Program-made: the position numbers and the translations under genes
Shown here: in pieces, positions 47,696-58,905 of the stretch
How positions within the stretch are numbered: the first letter of the stretch is position 1
How the letters are laid out: every line of letters starts with the position of its first letter
Notes under the pieces: model-generated
Seen by the model: only the letters and a program-made list of their open reading frames with translations
Told to the model about the DNA's origin: nothing
Database searches by the model: none
Source: Spirochaetia bacterium
GTDB lineage: Bacteria; Spirochaetota; Spirochaetia; UBA9216
Direction: 5' to 3'
Length of the DNA stretch: 64,000 nt
Assembly (NCBI GenBank): GCA_965140585.1
Contig: OZ223264.1
Location: 768,001 to 832,000, forward strand

Positions 47696-49945
47696 CTAAT
47701 TTACTAATGTATATGAAAGTTTGATGAATTTCATCTGCCATGCAACCGTTTTTCCGGATGCTGCAGCACTGATAATCTGTACCAGCCGGGAAATATCATC
47801 AACGGACAGAAGGTCCTTAAGTGCTGACCCGTAGCTTCCTCCGGGTTCAAACCATTTGTTCATATCTTCTGCCGAAATCAGGCGTTTTTCGGTGATCGTT
47901 TCGATGCTGTGAACATATTTCAGCCCGGATTCTTTTGCCGCCTGTACAATGTTTTCTTCATTCCAGTTTACAAGCGGGTTATCCGGCTGGCTGTAAATTG
48001 AATCTTCGGCGCTTTTTAACGCAGCTAAGAGAGCCTCTTGAGATGAGAGGGCATCGCTTACTTCAGCAAGTGCCGAAAGCCGCTGGGCACCGGAGGGGAT
48101 AATCTGGTGGATTACCGCATGTCCTCCAGGCTGAAGCAGTTTTACTGTCTGCTGCAGAAAGGCGGTTTTATCCGGCTCCCTTGTCAGAAGATCCGAGAGT
48201 ATTATCAGGTCGAATTTGAGACCTTCTTCCAGTGAATGAAAAATCCTTCCGCTCCGGATTGCCTCAGCGGGAGCGGCTGCAGGGCCGGTACTGTCGGTGT
48301 TATTTTTTATTTCAACAGGACGCCTGTCCTCCGGGAGCCCCTGAGCATGATGAGCGGCAATTTCTGAAGCCCTGCTTCCGGAGGTCATGTACCATACGCC
48401 TCCCTCGGGAGTCTTTCTTACCGCCTCCCAGAGAAGTACCGGAGGCTTGTTTTCAAGCACAAGAATACAGTCATGCCTTTTTATATTAAGAGATTCAAAA
48501 ATCGAGTTTCTGATTATTGAAAGCGTAGTTCCGGAACTGTCGGTGACTCTTTTTAGCCACCGTTCCTGCTGTCTGTCAGGCGGGCTGAATGTGAGAATTT
48601 CCTCATGCTCAGGCTGAACGGCCGCAGACAGCTGTATTTCCCGTCTTTTTTCAACTGAATCACGTATACCTTTTTCGAATCCCTGATCCGAAGGCTGGTA
48701 GAATATTCTGCCCTGAAGTCCAGAGGGCAGGTACTGCTGGGCAACCCAGTGATCACGGTAGGCATGCGGATACATATAGCCTGCGCCGTGACCGAAGCCT
48801 TCCTTATCACGTCCGGCATCTTTAAGATGGTTTGGGACTTCCCCTGAGCCGTCTTTTTCTATTGAATTAAGTGCGTCGAAGAATGCCAGTGTTGAGTTGG
48901 ATTTGGGTGCTGTCGCGAGGTAAAGTGCTGCCTGCGCAAGGTGGAACTGACCCTCCGGAAGCCCGACCCTGTCGAATGATGCAGCTGCAGATTCAACAAC
49001 CCCAAGCGCTGCAGGGTCCGCAAGTCCGATATCTTCGCTTGCACTGATAAGCATTCGTCTGAACAGGTAGCGGGGATCTTCTCCCGCTCTTATCATCGTA
49101 GCCATCCAGTACAGTGCCGCATCGGGATCCGAACCCCGAATAGATTTGATGAATGCGCTTATTGTATCAAAATGATAATCACCTTCCTTATCATAGAGGA
49201 CGGCTTTTTTCTGTATACTTTCCTCTGCTGTCTGCAGGTCTATTTTAATTGCGGAACCCGGTTCGGGAGGGAACTTGTCTGCTGAGGTTTCAACTGCCAG
49301 TTCAAGGGCGTTAAGCAGGCTTCTGGCATCCCCCGAAGATATATCCACAAGGTGCCCCAATGCTTCTTCACTTATCTGTACATCAAACCTGCCGTAACCG
49401 CGCTGACTGTCGGCAAGAGCCTGTCTTGCTATATTATACAAATCATCGGTTGTGAGTGATTTAAGCTGGAAAATACGGCTTCGGCTCACAAGCGCCTTGT
49501 TTACTTCAAAGTAGGGGTTCTCCGTTGTCGCTCCAATTAATATGACCGTTCCGTTTTCAACCCAGGGCAGCAGCGCATCCTGCTGTGACTTGTTCCATCG
49601 ATGAACTTCGTCAACGAAGAGGATTGTACGCCTTCCATACAGATCCCGGTGATTCTGCGCTTCGGCAATAGCGTCGCGGAGGTTTTTTACACCGTCAAGG
49701 ACTGCGTTCATTGTGATGAAGTAGCTTTCTGTTGTGTTTGCAATTACCTGGGCAAGGGTAGTCTTTCCTGTTCCCGGAGGACCGTAAAAGATTATAGACG
49801 ACATCCTGTCTGCCTGAATCAGCCTTCGCAGCAGTCTGCCCGGACCGGCAATGTGGCCCTGTCCAATGAATTCCTCGATGGTTCTCGGCCTCATTCGGTG
49901 GGCGAGAGGCGCATTTGTGTCGGGGCTTGATGAGAAAAGGTCCAT
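47696..49945 (-). CDS. rarA: Replication-associated recombination AAA+ ATPase RarA/MgsA with an extra C-terminal methyltransferase-like domain
   Basis: [44 protein letters not shown]; roughly 300 additional residues after YQPSDQG. Confidence 0.9.
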   Translation of the reverse strand: MDLFSSSPDTNAPLAHRMRPRTIEEFIGQGHIAGPGRLLRRLIQADRMSSIIFYGPPGTGKTTLAQVIANTTESYFITMNAVLDGVKNLRDAIAEAQNHRDLYGRRTILFVDEVHRWNKSQQDALLPWVENGTVILIGATTENPYFEVNKALVSRSRIFQLKSLTTDDLYNIARQALADSQRGYGRFDVQISEEALGHLVDISSGDARSLLNALELAVETSADKFPPEPGSAIKIDLQTAEESIQKKAVLYDKEGDYHFDTISAFIKSIRGSDPDAALYWMATMIRAGEDPRYLFRRMLISASEDIGLADPAALGVVESAAASFDRVGLPEGQFHLAQAALYLATAPKSNSTLAFFDALNSIEKDGSGEVPNHLKDAGRDKEGFGHGAGYMYPHAYRDHWVAQQYLPSGLQGRIFYQPSDQGFEKGIRDSVEKRREIQLSAAVQPEHEEILTFSPPDRQQERWLKRVTDSSGTTLSIIRNSIFESLNIKRHDCILVLENKPPVLLWEAVRKTPEGGVWYMTSGSRASEIAAHHAQGLPEDRRPVEIKNNTDSTGPAAAPAEAIRSGRIFHSLEEGLKFDLIILSDLLTREPDKTAFLQQTVKLLQPGGHAVIHQIIPSGAQRLSALAEVSDALSSQEALLAALKSAEDSIYSQPDNPLVNWNEENIVQAAKESGLKYVHSIETITEKRLISAEDMNKWFEPGGSYGSALKDLLSVDDISRLVQIISAAASGKTVAWQMKFIKLSYTLVN

Positions 49946-50095
49946 GACTTTGGATTATAGAATGATTCAGGTGATCTGGGAAGCATTCATAAAGATATCG
50001 ATATAATAAAGTTCTTCATCTCCATATCAGTATAACCTGACAAAAAAAGTTAACTTTACTTGTCGTTTATGCTTATTTTAGTAACAGGAGTATTT

Positions 50096-51253
50096 ATGAA
50101 AAATTTACATTTTTCGATTATTATATTGCTGCTGTTATCAGTTGTCGTTCTGGCCGGTTCTGCTCAGAGCAAATCGGAAATCATTACAGGTGATGCCGGT
50201 ACCAGGATTCTTGCTGAGGATTACGGTGTTTTTAAACAGCCCTGGGCAATGACTTTCACAGGGGATCAGGAGCTGCTGATAACCGAAAGGACCGGCAGTT
50301 TAATTATTTATAACATCGAAAGCGGAAGTCGCATTCAAGTCAGCGGAGTTCCGCAAACCACCTATGGTGGCCAGGGAGGTCTTGGTGATGTGATCCTTCA
50401 TCCCGGCTACACGGATAACAGAATTATTTATATTTCCTATGCTGAAGCAGGAGCTTCCGGCCTTTCCGGAGCAGCTGTTGCCAGGGCTGTGCTGGAACGT
50501 TCCGGCGGTTCAGCTTCACTTAAAGATCTGGAGGTTATATGGCGACAGTATCCCAAGGTAAGCGGAACCGGGCATTATTCGCATCGGCTGGCGTTTGACC
50601 GTGACGGGTATTTGTATATTTCCTCCGGAGAAAGGCAGAAACAGCAGCCCGCACAGGACTGGAGCCAGAGCCTTGGGAAAATAATAAGAATAAAAGATGA
50701 CGGTACCGTGCCCGAAGATAATCCATTTCAGGCTAAGGGCGGGCTTGCAGAATCATTCTGGACTTTGGGACACCGTAATGTTCTTGGATTAGCCTTTGAC
50801 AGCAGATGGCAGCTGTGGGCTGTCGAAATGGGGCCTCGTCACGGTGATGAGTTTAACCGGATAATTCGCGGGGAAAATTACGGCTGGCCTCTGGTTTCCT
50901 GGGGTAATCAATATTCCGGTGCCGACATTCCCGATCATGATACAAGGACGGAATTCTATGCCCCCGATGAGTACTGGGTTCCGAGTATTGCACCTTCCTG
51001 TCTGATCATTTATGACGGCGAACTTTTTCCGGACTGGCGGGATAATGCCCTCATAGGCGGGCTTGTATCGCAGAGTCTTGTGAGAGTAAATACACTAGGC
51101 GGCAAAGCCAATGAAACGGAACGATTCAGTATGGGGCGACGGATTCGGGAGATAGAGCAGGGCTCTGACGGGGCTGTCTGGATTCTTGAGGATCGTGACG
51201 GTGCAAGACTTCGGAGGCTGACTCCGGCAGAGTATATGTCAGCTGATAGCTGA
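50096..51253 (+). CDS. PQQ-dependent sugar dehydrogenase family (YliI/Asd-like), exported
   Basis: Signal peptide; [38 protein letters not shown]. Confidence 0.9.
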   Translation: MKNLHFSIIILLLLSVVVLAGSAQSKSEIITGDAGTRILAEDYGVFKQPWAMTFTGDQELLITERTGSLIIYNIESGSRIQVSGVPQTTYGGQGGLGDVILHPGYTDNRIIYISYAEAGASGLSGAAVARAVLERSGGSASLKDLEVIWRQYPKVSGTGHYSHRLAFDRDGYLYISSGERQKQQPAQDWSQSLGKIIRIKDDGTVPEDNPFQAKGGLAESFWTLGHRNVLGLAFDSRWQLWAVEMGPRHGDEFNRIIRGENYGWPLVSWGNQYSGADIPDHDTRTEFYAPDEYWVPSIAPSCLIIYDGELFPDWRDNALIGGLVSQSLVRVNTLGGKANETERFSMGRRIREIEQGSDGAVWILEDRDGARLRRLTPAEYMSADS

Positions 51254-51265
51254 TATCCGTCTCTG

Positions 51266-52365
51266 TCATCCGAAACAGAAATCCTCATAATGAATATTGT
51301 TTCGATGTATATCCATATTCTTTAGGAGCTGAAGCACAATCTTTCTCACGACGGGAGACGAGCAAATGAAGAAGGAGCAGGCTTCAGGTGCTTCTAATCT
51401 ACTTCTGAAATACTCTTCACTGAAAGTATTCCATCCTATTTATAGAATAAAAAGTTCACCTCGAGGTTTTTCATTTACTTTCCCATTCCCTCGAGCGTGG
51501 AATATTCTGGTAATTCCTCTCTTGTGTTGACTGAGAGAAAGGCTTTTATCATTCGTTTTTCATCCACTTTTTGGAACTCTTTTAAAAGGCTGACTATTGG
51601 AACTGCTCCGATCCCCGAACCTATAAGGCAGATATATTTTTCATCCTGCGGTCTGAAATTTCCGAATGCCCCGCTCAGGCTGATTTTGTCATCCTGATGT
51701 AAATTTTCGAGATTTTTTGTGAATCTTCCGATTATACGGGCGGCAAATTTATCATCACCATGGGCGGAAAGATATGAGAATGGGTGTTCTCCTCTCACAC
51801 CGGGAATGCGTATAAATGAGAACTGTCCGCTTTTATACAGATATTGCCTTTTTGTACGGACTGATAGCGTTACTATATGTTCTGCAATTGATAGTGATGA
51901 AACGACGGCGGAGGTTCTGCCGGCAGGGAGTTTGGACAGAACAAATGAAATTACCGCACTGACATAGACCAGAACAAGAAGAATACCTGATCCCGGCAGA
52001 GCTATCCAGATTAAAGCTGCAGAGAGCATTATCAGGATTAAGATTATCAGTGTTATCCGTTCGGCAATAAGTGAGTATCCGTAAATAAGTTTATAAAAAG
52101 CGTGATAGGCAGTGAATAATATAAGGGCGGATGTTGAATAGATGTGCAGCTGAACCCTTTTATCATAGGGTAGAGCCTGCTGCAGCAGGGGAATCTTTGA
52201 ACCGAGAATCATGTTGCCCAGAAGCAGATGGTATGCGAAAACCGAACAAAAATAATTTAATAGATCAGCGATTCCATTCCACATTCCAAATTAAATCCCT
52301 GTATATATTACTATCCCTGCCTGTGTGACCGGGAGTAGTATAAATAGTATAATAAATATAATCAT
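51266..52365 (-). pseudogene. Degraded membrane ferric-reductase / FNR-like oxidoreductase
   Basis: ATG 52365, in-frame TAA 52291-52293; GQF...HPFS, GAFG, GSGIGAVP; stop at 51475; detached C-terminus FFICSSP...IHYEDF ending at 51266. Confidence 0.75.
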
Positions 52366-52374
52366 AAAAAGCTG

Positions 52375-52859
52375 CTATTCCTGTAGAAGTTCAAACAGTT
52401 TTGTCAGCCATTCTTTGTGCATATCTCTTATATTACCGCGACCCCATTTTGATGCTGCGGTAATTGTATCGACACCGTTTTCGCTTTCTGTTCTATCAGA
52501 ATACTGCACACTCAATGAACTTCTGTTTTTCACAACATTGACTACTATGACTTTTACTCCGCCCGGGATTGAGTTGAGGAAGTTCAGAAGGACAGGATCT
52601 GTCCCAGTGCTCATTCTGGAATTGAGAATCACCAGAGCGGAATAATCTGAAAAATTAATCTGCTTACTTACATCAAGCGGCTTAAAGGTAATGTTTCTGT
52701 CAATCTTTCGTCCTTCCTTTTGCACATACTCCACGGCATGCCGGTTTGTTCCCTTTGCCTAATTATACACAAGCCCTATCTGTGAGCTTTCCGCTGAAAT
52801 ATACGCTGTAACACTGATAGGAGGAATAGAATTATAAATGTGATTTTTGCTGCACGCAT
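52375..52859 (-). pseudogene. Degraded exported hypothetical protein
   Basis: AAGGAG + ATG 52859; signal peptide broken by a frameshift; TAG at 52759-52761 is in frame with the 52734-52375 ORF. Confidence 0.65.
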
Positions 52860-52879
52860 AGCAATCTCCTTCTGTTAGA

Positions 52880-53233
52880 ACAGTCAGTTGAGAATAATTC
52901 CGGATGCCATAAGTGCTGTTCCGGCAATACCAAGGCTGCTGTGATATTCTGTTGGAGCAATGATGGGAGCAACAGTCTTGCTTCACCGTCTCCTTCATCA
53001 TCTTCTGGTTCAGCAATAATAGTTACAAATCCGAGAATGACGCTGCTGTATCGGGCATATTCATGAATTCAGCTTAATGTGTTTAATAGAGCAATATCAT
53101 CTGTTATTTGTGCAGGTACAGATATTCCAAGCTTTTCCGGAATAGGGACATCATCGGCAGCTAGTATTGTTTGAGTCTGAGCCGGCAGGGGCAAAATTAA
53201 GGATAAAAAAAATAATATTGAAACTGTCTTCAT
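52880..53233 (-). pseudogene. Degraded exported/membrane hypothetical protein (3' boundary approximate)
   Basis: Signal peptide MKTVSILFFLSL; in-frame TGA 53069-53071, then IHEYARYSSVILGFVTII; a further hydrophobic segment HSSLGIAGTALMASGIILN in another frame. Confidence 0.5.
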
Positions 53234-53383
53234 AGAACCCTCGACAATATTGAAGACTAATGAATCATACACTGTAAATCAAGTTATTGTACTTATGGAA
53301 ATATATGAAGTTAATTACGGTTTTTTGGATTTGTTCTGTACTCACCGGCCAGGATCGTTTAAATTTATCTTACTGGAGATTAT

Positions 53384-54082
53384 ATGAACAGCAGTTATTT
53401 TGACAGGCTGACGGAATACGCAGGAAAGCGTTTTGAAAGCTGCGACAGAAGAATTATTGGAAGTGAGGATGCATTTCGTTCCGCTGTAGTTATCCCTTTT
53501 TTCAATGATAATGGAATAGAATCCATACTTTTTGAAAAAAGAGCCGCTAATATCAGGCAGGGCGGGGAGATATGTTTTCCAGGGGGAATGGTCGATGAAG
53601 AGGACGGCAACTCTCTTGAAACGGTAGTTCGTGAGACTGAAGAGGAAACCGGAATTTCCAGGGACATGATTGAAGTACATGAATCTGCGGGGTACATGCT
53701 CACGACAATGGGAGCCTTTGTTGATGTTTACATGGGCAGGCTGCTGGTTAACTCAATGGAGCTGTTTCAGCCTAATCCCGATGAGGTAGAGAAGCTGTTT
53801 TCAATTCCGGTTGATTTTTTTATGGATACTGAACCCGAGATATATAATTACCGGCTCTCTATAGATCCCTGGTTTACAGATGAAAAAGGTGATCGGGTTG
53901 AGCTCTTTCCGGCAGAAGCGCTGGGGCTTCCAGAACGTTACTGGAACAGCTGGTCGCATACAAGAAACAGGTTTGTCGTGTACCGCTATGGCGGTGAGGT
54001 TATCTGGGGCCTTACTTCGAGGATAATGTACAGTATTTCGAAGATGCTTAAAAAAGTACAGCGGCCTGGAATGGACCGCTGA
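53384..54082 (+). CDS. Nudix hydrolase, CoA pyrophosphatase family
   Basis: SAVVIP, GEICFPGG, RETEEETG, NPDEV, IWGLT. Confidence 0.9.
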   Translation: MNSSYFDRLTEYAGKRFESCDRRIIGSEDAFRSAVVIPFFNDNGIESILFEKRAANIRQGGEICFPGGMVDEEDGNSLETVVRETEEETGISRDMIEVHESAGYMLTTMGAFVDVYMGRLLVNSMELFQPNPDEVEKLFSIPVDFFMDTEPEIYNYRLSIDPWFTDEKGDRVELFPAEALGLPERYWNSWSHTRNRFVVYRYGGEVIWGLTSRIMYSISKMLKKVQRPGMDR

Positions 54083-54194
54083 AAAAGGAGTTAAGTAAGT
54101 TATGAAGATGTTTAAAAAGCATTATTAGTGCTTTGAAAACATCAAGTTAAAATAATATTCAGCTCTAATGTTCACGTCAAGTCTTTTATTTTCT

Positions 54195-55334
54195 TTATCT
54201 GTTTATATGAATAATTTTAGACGGAGCAAAACCGTTAAACCAGGTTGATGAAGCACTGCTGTAAGCTCCGATATTTTCACTGTAGACGTGCTCTCCAATG
54301 TCAAGGTCAGGCAGTTCTTCAGCCAGTGAGATGGTGTCCAGGGCGTCGCAGGTCGGTCCGAAAACCGAGCAGATACTCTTGGGTCCGGTTTTAAATGCCC
54401 TCAGGCTGTATTTGCAGTGATCGAAAATGATACCCGAAAAGGTATGATATACTCCATCATTGATATAATAGCAGCGTTTTCCATCCCTGTCAGCTTTGCC
54501 TACAACTGATGCTATTGCTGTACAGGCTGTAGCCACCATGTACCTGCCGGGTTCGGCAATTACTTCAATTTCAGGACCGAACAGACGGTCCAGTTCAGAA
54601 TTAAGTCTGCGTGCAAGCTCCCTGAAAGGCTCAACATTCACATCGTATGGGGCTGGAAATCCACCGCCGATGTCAAGGATTTTCATTTTTTCAAAACCCT
54701 TAAGTTTTGCTTCGGCAAAAATACCGGCGGCAAGTTCAAGAGCCTGAATATAGTTGTCAAAGTTTGTGGTTTGACTGCCCACATGAAAGCTGAGTCCTTC
54801 AACAGTCAGGCCGCAGTTATGTGCTTCTTCGATAAGATCTACTGCTTCTCCGGGGTCTGCTCCGAATTTTGAAGAAAGTTCAACCATGGCTCCTGTATTC
54901 GGAACTCTGAGTCTCAAAACCAGTCCGGCATTTGGAGCGTTGTCTCTAATTTTAAAGATCTCTTCTATATTGTCGAAGGTTACCAGAGGCTTGTAGCAGT
55001 CAAGCTCCTTGAGCGTTTTTATATCCTTGATGGGGTTGGCGTAGATAATCTTTTCCCATATGAATTTCTGGCGTTTATCGTCAGGCCAGTCCTCAATATT
55101 GCGGTGAACCAGGAGAAACTCGTTCATCGAAGCTACGTCAAAGCTAGACCCTGCATCAAAAAGTGTTTTAACAATCTCCTGTTCAGAGTTTGCTTTTACC
55201 GCGTAAAAGATCTGAACGCGGGGAAGCATTGAATTAAATTCGCGGTAGTTCCTTCGAATAACTTCGTGATCTACTACAACTACCGGAGTCCCTTCAGACT
55301 CCGCTATCTGCTCCAACGTACTTAATTTCGCCAT
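54195..55334 (-). CDS. Type III PLP-dependent ornithine/lysine decarboxylase
   Basis: FYAVKAN, DVAS, SKFG, FHVGSQ, DIGGGF, EPGRY, GPTCD, GAY. Confidence 0.92.
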   Translation of the reverse strand: MAKLSTLEQIAESEGTPVVVVDHEVIRRNYREFNSMLPRVQIFYAVKANSEQEIVKTLFDAGSSFDVASMNEFLLVHRNIEDWPDDKRQKFIWEKIIYANPIKDIKTLKELDCYKPLVTFDNIEEIFKIRDNAPNAGLVLRLRVPNTGAMVELSSKFGADPGEAVDLIEEAHNCGLTVEGLSFHVGSQTTNFDNYIQALELAAGIFAEAKLKGFEKMKILDIGGGFPAPYDVNVEPFRELARRLNSELDRLFGPEIEVIAEPGRYMVATACTAIASVVGKADRDGKRCYYINDGVYHTFSGIIFDHCKYSLRAFKTGPKSICSVFGPTCDALDTISLAEELPDLDIGEHVYSENIGAYSSASSTWFNGFAPSKIIHINR

Positions 55335-55358
55335 TCTGCCTTCTCAGTTTGAAAAGTT

Positions 55359-55952
55359 TTATAGTTCGAAAAATTCTTTCAGCTGACCCTTTGCCTGGTC
55401 TACGGCTTCAGAGTATTGTTTCTCGAGTTTTCCCATGTTCTGTGAATAAGCTTTCTGAAATTCGGGATCATCCATGGGGTTTATTTTTATGCGGCTGCCC
55501 GTCTGAGCGAAGATTGCATCTTCCTTCTGTTTGAGCAGGGGCTGAAACTGCTGTGTAAGCTGTGTGACAAACTGCTCTTTGTTCTGAAGGTACTGTGCAA
55601 AAAACTGGATAAGCTGATCAAACATCTGGTTGATAGATGAGGGGTCGTCTGATATTGTTGCAAGGCCTTCGGCGGTTTTCTGAATCTCGGATTCAAAGCC
55701 TTCTGCCATAGGGAGTTTTACCCTTGAAAGAAAAGATTCTGCAAGGCCGCGCATAAGAGCCTGTTTTTCTTCGTTTTTATATTCTTTTAAAAACTTCTTC
55801 AGTTCTTTAGCGTCAGTTTTGCCGTCTATAAATGAAATTGCAGCCTTCCGGCCTTCAATCTTAAGCTCTTTTTCTCGTATTTTACCTGTGTCTGTCTCTA
55901 TACCCTCTGTCCGGGCCAGAGCTATTTCAAGTGCTGATTTTATTTCTGCCAT
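55359..55952 (-). CDS. Conserved helical hypothetical protein
   Basis: MAEIKSALEIAL start; Gln-rich helical C-terminus. Confidence 0.7.
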   Translation of the reverse strand: MAEIKSALEIALARTEGIETDTGKIREKELKIEGRKAAISFIDGKTDAKELKKFLKEYKNEEKQALMRGLAESFLSRVKLPMAEGFESEIQKTAEGLATISDDPSSINQMFDQLIQFFAQYLQNKEQFVTQLTQQFQPLLKQKEDAIFAQTGSRIKINPMDDPEFQKAYSQNMGKLEKQYSEAVDQAKGQLKEFFEL

Positions 55953-55979
55953 ACTAAGAATATAACGGTGTTTTTCAGG

Positions 55980-56672
55980 CTAATCAAGATTAATATCGGC
56001 GAAACGCTTTTCAATGGCTTTAGCATTTTTTACTGTTCCCCTAAGCCAGGAAAGCAGGACCTCTGATCTTTCATCTTCTGTAAGTTTCCAGTCTATTTCG
56101 GAATCCCGCAGCTTCCAGCTCAGATGATGCAGGATGAGAGCACAGGCAACCGATATGTTGAAACTTTCAACGAAGCCGAACATCGGAATCTTAAGAAACT
56201 CATCCGCCTCATTTATAACATCATCGGTAATTCCTTCCAGTTCAGTTCCAAGTACTACGGCAAACTTTCCCTTTTCAAGATCGAAGTCTTCAAGGTTTAC
56301 ATCATTGGTATGAGGTGTTGTTGCGACTATCCTGTAGCCGTCAGATTTAAGTTTCCGGAGAGTCTGGATTGTTGAGCTTGTACCCTTTTCCGCCCTGTAT
56401 TTGTTGATGCTCAGCCACTGGGCAGTTCCCATGTCAACTGTCTTTGTCGGCGCAAAGGTATTCCGGTTTTCTATGATATGTACATCCTGAACACCGAAGC
56501 CGTCGCAGGAACGGAGTACTGCACTAGCGTTATGAGGCTGAAAGATATCCTCAAGGACAACTGTCATGTATCTGGTTCTAAGGTTAAGTACACGGTTTAT
56601 CTTTTCGAATCTCTGTTCGGTTGTAAATTCCGACAGGTGCTCGGTGAGTTTTTTTTCGTAGGCTGTAAGCAT
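55980..56672 (-). CDS. TrmH/SpoU-family RNA methyltransferase
   Basis: PHNASAVLRSCD, GTELEG, IPMFGFVESFNISVA. Confidence 0.9.
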   Translation of the reverse strand: MLTAYEKKLTEHLSEFTTEQRFEKINRVLNLRTRYMTVVLEDIFQPHNASAVLRSCDGFGVQDVHIIENRNTFAPTKTVDMGTAQWLSINKYRAEKGTSSTIQTLRKLKSDGYRIVATTPHTNDVNLEDFDLEKGKFAVVLGTELEGITDDVINEADEFLKIPMFGFVESFNISVACALILHHLSWKLRDSEIDWKLTEDERSEVLLSWLRGTVKNAKAIEKRFADINLD

Positions 56673-57982
56673 CAGCTCTCCTGATTGTTTTTATCCGACA
56701 GCAGTGGAGGCATCCATGAACCGAGTTCCGCAAGGTTTTCAGTAAGATGCTTGATTTCATCCCTGAGTATAAATATACAGTCGTTCTTTTTTGCGGTATC
56801 TCTGACTATATCCTCGGCAAGAGCCCTGCATGTCGGTGCTCCGCATGAACCGCAGTCCAGTCCCGGAAGGGTCTCTGTGATTCTATCGATTTCCGCCATT
56901 TTTTCAAGAGCCTTTCTGAAATCAGTATCAAGAGACAGGATATGCTTTGGCGCTATTTCGGCATTCATCTCAAGCTGCACCTTTGAATTTTGAGCCAGTT
57001 CTCCGTGAGTATCGCGGTCTTTCATATGTGAAGCTTTTCTTATTATTCTGGCCTTTGATATATACGGATTTTCAACAGTGAGGGCTCCGCCTACACAGCC
57101 GCCGGGGCAGGCCATTGCTTCAATAAAATCTACGTGCTTTATTTTACCGTTCTCAAGTTCTTCAAAGAAATTTATAACATTTCCTATTCCGTCTACAGCA
57201 ACCGTTTCCGTCCAGCCTGTTGCGCTGCTTTCACCTTCGCTTCTTGCCCAGCCTATGCCGGCGGAAGATGCTTTTCCAATAGGCGGAGGATTTTTTACCG
57301 TGTCTGCGGCCGCTAAAAGGGGCAGGTAGATCTGGTTGATTGCGATTACACCATCCACCCAGGTCTTGTCTGAACCCAGGGGTGAGCGTACCGCAGTTAT
57401 CTTTGCCGGGCATGGGCTTATGAAGTAGACTCCAATGTCCTCACGATCCGGATAAATATCCTGTTTAATGATTCTGGCCGCAATTTCCATCGGTGATTCA
57501 ATTCTGACTATCTGATCTATTAAACCGGGGTATCGAATCTGAATCAGTCTGACGATTGCCGGACAGGATGATGATATCCAGGGAGTGTTTCCCGGTTTCT
57601 TCTCAAGGGCTTTTTTAAGTTCAGCTGTAACTATATCTGCAGCGGCTGCCGCTTCGAATACATCGTCAAATCCTATTCTTTTCAATGCAGAGAGGACGGT
57701 GTCGATTGAATAGCGGTCCTTGAACTGGCCGTAGAGGGTCGGAGCAGGAATTGCAACGTTGAATGAGTGTTTTTTCAGAATCTCAAGGCTGTCCGAGTGA
57801 GCTTTTTTTGCGTGGTGTGGACATACCCTTATGCATTCACCGCAGTCGATGCACCGGTCGCTAATTATAAAGGCCTTTCCCCTGCGTACTCTTATCGCCT
57901 CGGTCGGACAGTGGCCAATGCAGTTAGTGCAGCCCCTGCATTTATCTTCATCAAGATATACTGAGTGTATGTATTCGGCCAT
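56672..57982 (-). CDS. [FeFe]-hydrogenase-domain Fe-S protein (group D / HydS-like, putatively sensory)
   Basis: Two N-terminal ferredoxin motifs; SSSCP, SPCPAK, EAMACPGGCVGG; C-terminal CX2CX4CX16C. Confidence 0.82.
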   Translation of the reverse strand: MAEYIHSVYLDEDKCRGCTNCIGHCPTEAIRVRRGKAFIISDRCIDCGECIRVCPHHAKKAHSDSLEILKKHSFNVAIPAPTLYGQFKDRYSIDTVLSALKRIGFDDVFEAAAAADIVTAELKKALEKKPGNTPWISSSCPAIVRLIQIRYPGLIDQIVRIESPMEIAARIIKQDIYPDREDIGVYFISPCPAKITAVRSPLGSDKTWVDGVIAINQIYLPLLAAADTVKNPPPIGKASSAGIGWARSEGESSATGWTETVAVDGIGNVINFFEELENGKIKHVDFIEAMACPGGCVGGALTVENPYISKARIIRKASHMKDRDTHGELAQNSKVQLEMNAEIAPKHILSLDTDFRKALEKMAEIDRITETLPGLDCGSCGAPTCRALAEDIVRDTAKKNDCIFILRDEIKHLTENLAELGSWMPPLLSDKNNQES

Positions 57983-57984
57983 AT

Positions 57985-58410
57985 TTACCTCGGTAGATCT
58001 ATTCCTATGGTGACCCGGGTGCCCTTTCCGGGTTCGGATTCAATAAGGAGATCGCTCGAATTCTTTTTTATATTAGGCAGACCAAGACCGGCACCGAAGC
58101 CCATCTCACGAATTTCTTCGGATGCGGTTGAATAACCTTCCTGCATTGCAAGCTCTATATCGGGTATTCCGGGTCCCTGATCTTCAAAGATTATCTTAAT
58201 ACTGTCTTCTGTGATAGTTACCTCTGCTGTTCCGCCGTGTCCGTGGACTATGGTATTTATCTCTGCCTCATACATGGCAATAGCTGTTCGTTTGATGATA
58301 TCAGCTGCAAGACCGATCTGTTTAAGTGTTTTTTTTAGACTGCTCGATGCCTCGCCGTATGTAAGAGGATTGTCTGAAGAGATCTCGTACTGTTTGGAAA
58401 ATAGAATCAT
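57985..58410 (-). CDS. Anti-sigma-factor-type Ser/Thr kinase (RsbT/RsbW-like HATPase)
   Basis: EAEIN, DQGPGI, EGYST, GAGLGL, GTRV; the ATG at 58410 lies 7 nt after an extended -10. Confidence 0.88.
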   Translation of the reverse strand: MILFSKQYEISSDNPLTYGEASSSLKKTLKQIGLAADIIKRTAIAMYEAEINTIVHGHGGTAEVTITEDSIKIIFEDQGPGIPDIELAMQEGYSTASEEIREMGFGAGLGLPNIKKNSSDLLIESEPGKGTRVTIGIDLPR

Positions 58411-58467
58411 TGAGCTCAATATACCACAGTGCGGCAGAAATTGGAATTAAAAAGATATAAATTTACT

Positions 58468-58860
58468 TTATACAAGCTTTGAAATAACATTTATCAGAGC
58501 TTCTTCATTCAGAGGTTTAACTACAACATCGTCCATACCTGCTTCAAGGAACTTCTTCCTGTCCGAGGGGAAAGCATGGGCAGTCAGAGCAATTACAGGC
58601 AGATGTGTACCCTCATCTTCGCTAGCCCTTATCTGTGTAACTGCATCAAGACCGTTAAGTTTAGGCATGCTTATGTCCATAAGCACAATATCATAGGTAT
58701 CGCTCTTTATCTTTTCCAGGGCTTCAATGCCGTCTGAAGCTTCATGGACTTCCCAGCCTATCCTGTCCAGAATTGTAGTAATATACATTCTGTTTATGGC
58801 TTCATCTTCGGTTACGAGTATTTTTAATTTTCTGTTTCTGATGTCACTCATTTCACCCAT
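58468..58860 (-). CDS. Single-domain response regulator
   Basis: VTEDE, MDISMP, ALTA, KP. Confidence 0.9.
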   Translation of the reverse strand: MGEMSDIRNRKLKILVTEDEAINRMYITTILDRIGWEVHEASDGIEALEKIKSDTYDIVLMDISMPKLNGLDAVTQIRASEDEGTHLPVIALTAHAFPSDRKKFLEAGMDDVVVKPLNEEALINVISKLV

Positions 58861-58905
58861 CCTGGAATTTTAATTATATATTGTAATCTGCCTGTTGTCA
58901 GGTTT

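Noticed and set aside
52291-53071. In-frame TGA and TAG as selenocysteine or pyrrolysine recoding
   Set aside because: All three stop types occur together with frameshifts, not at Cys-like catalytic positions; decay explains them better.
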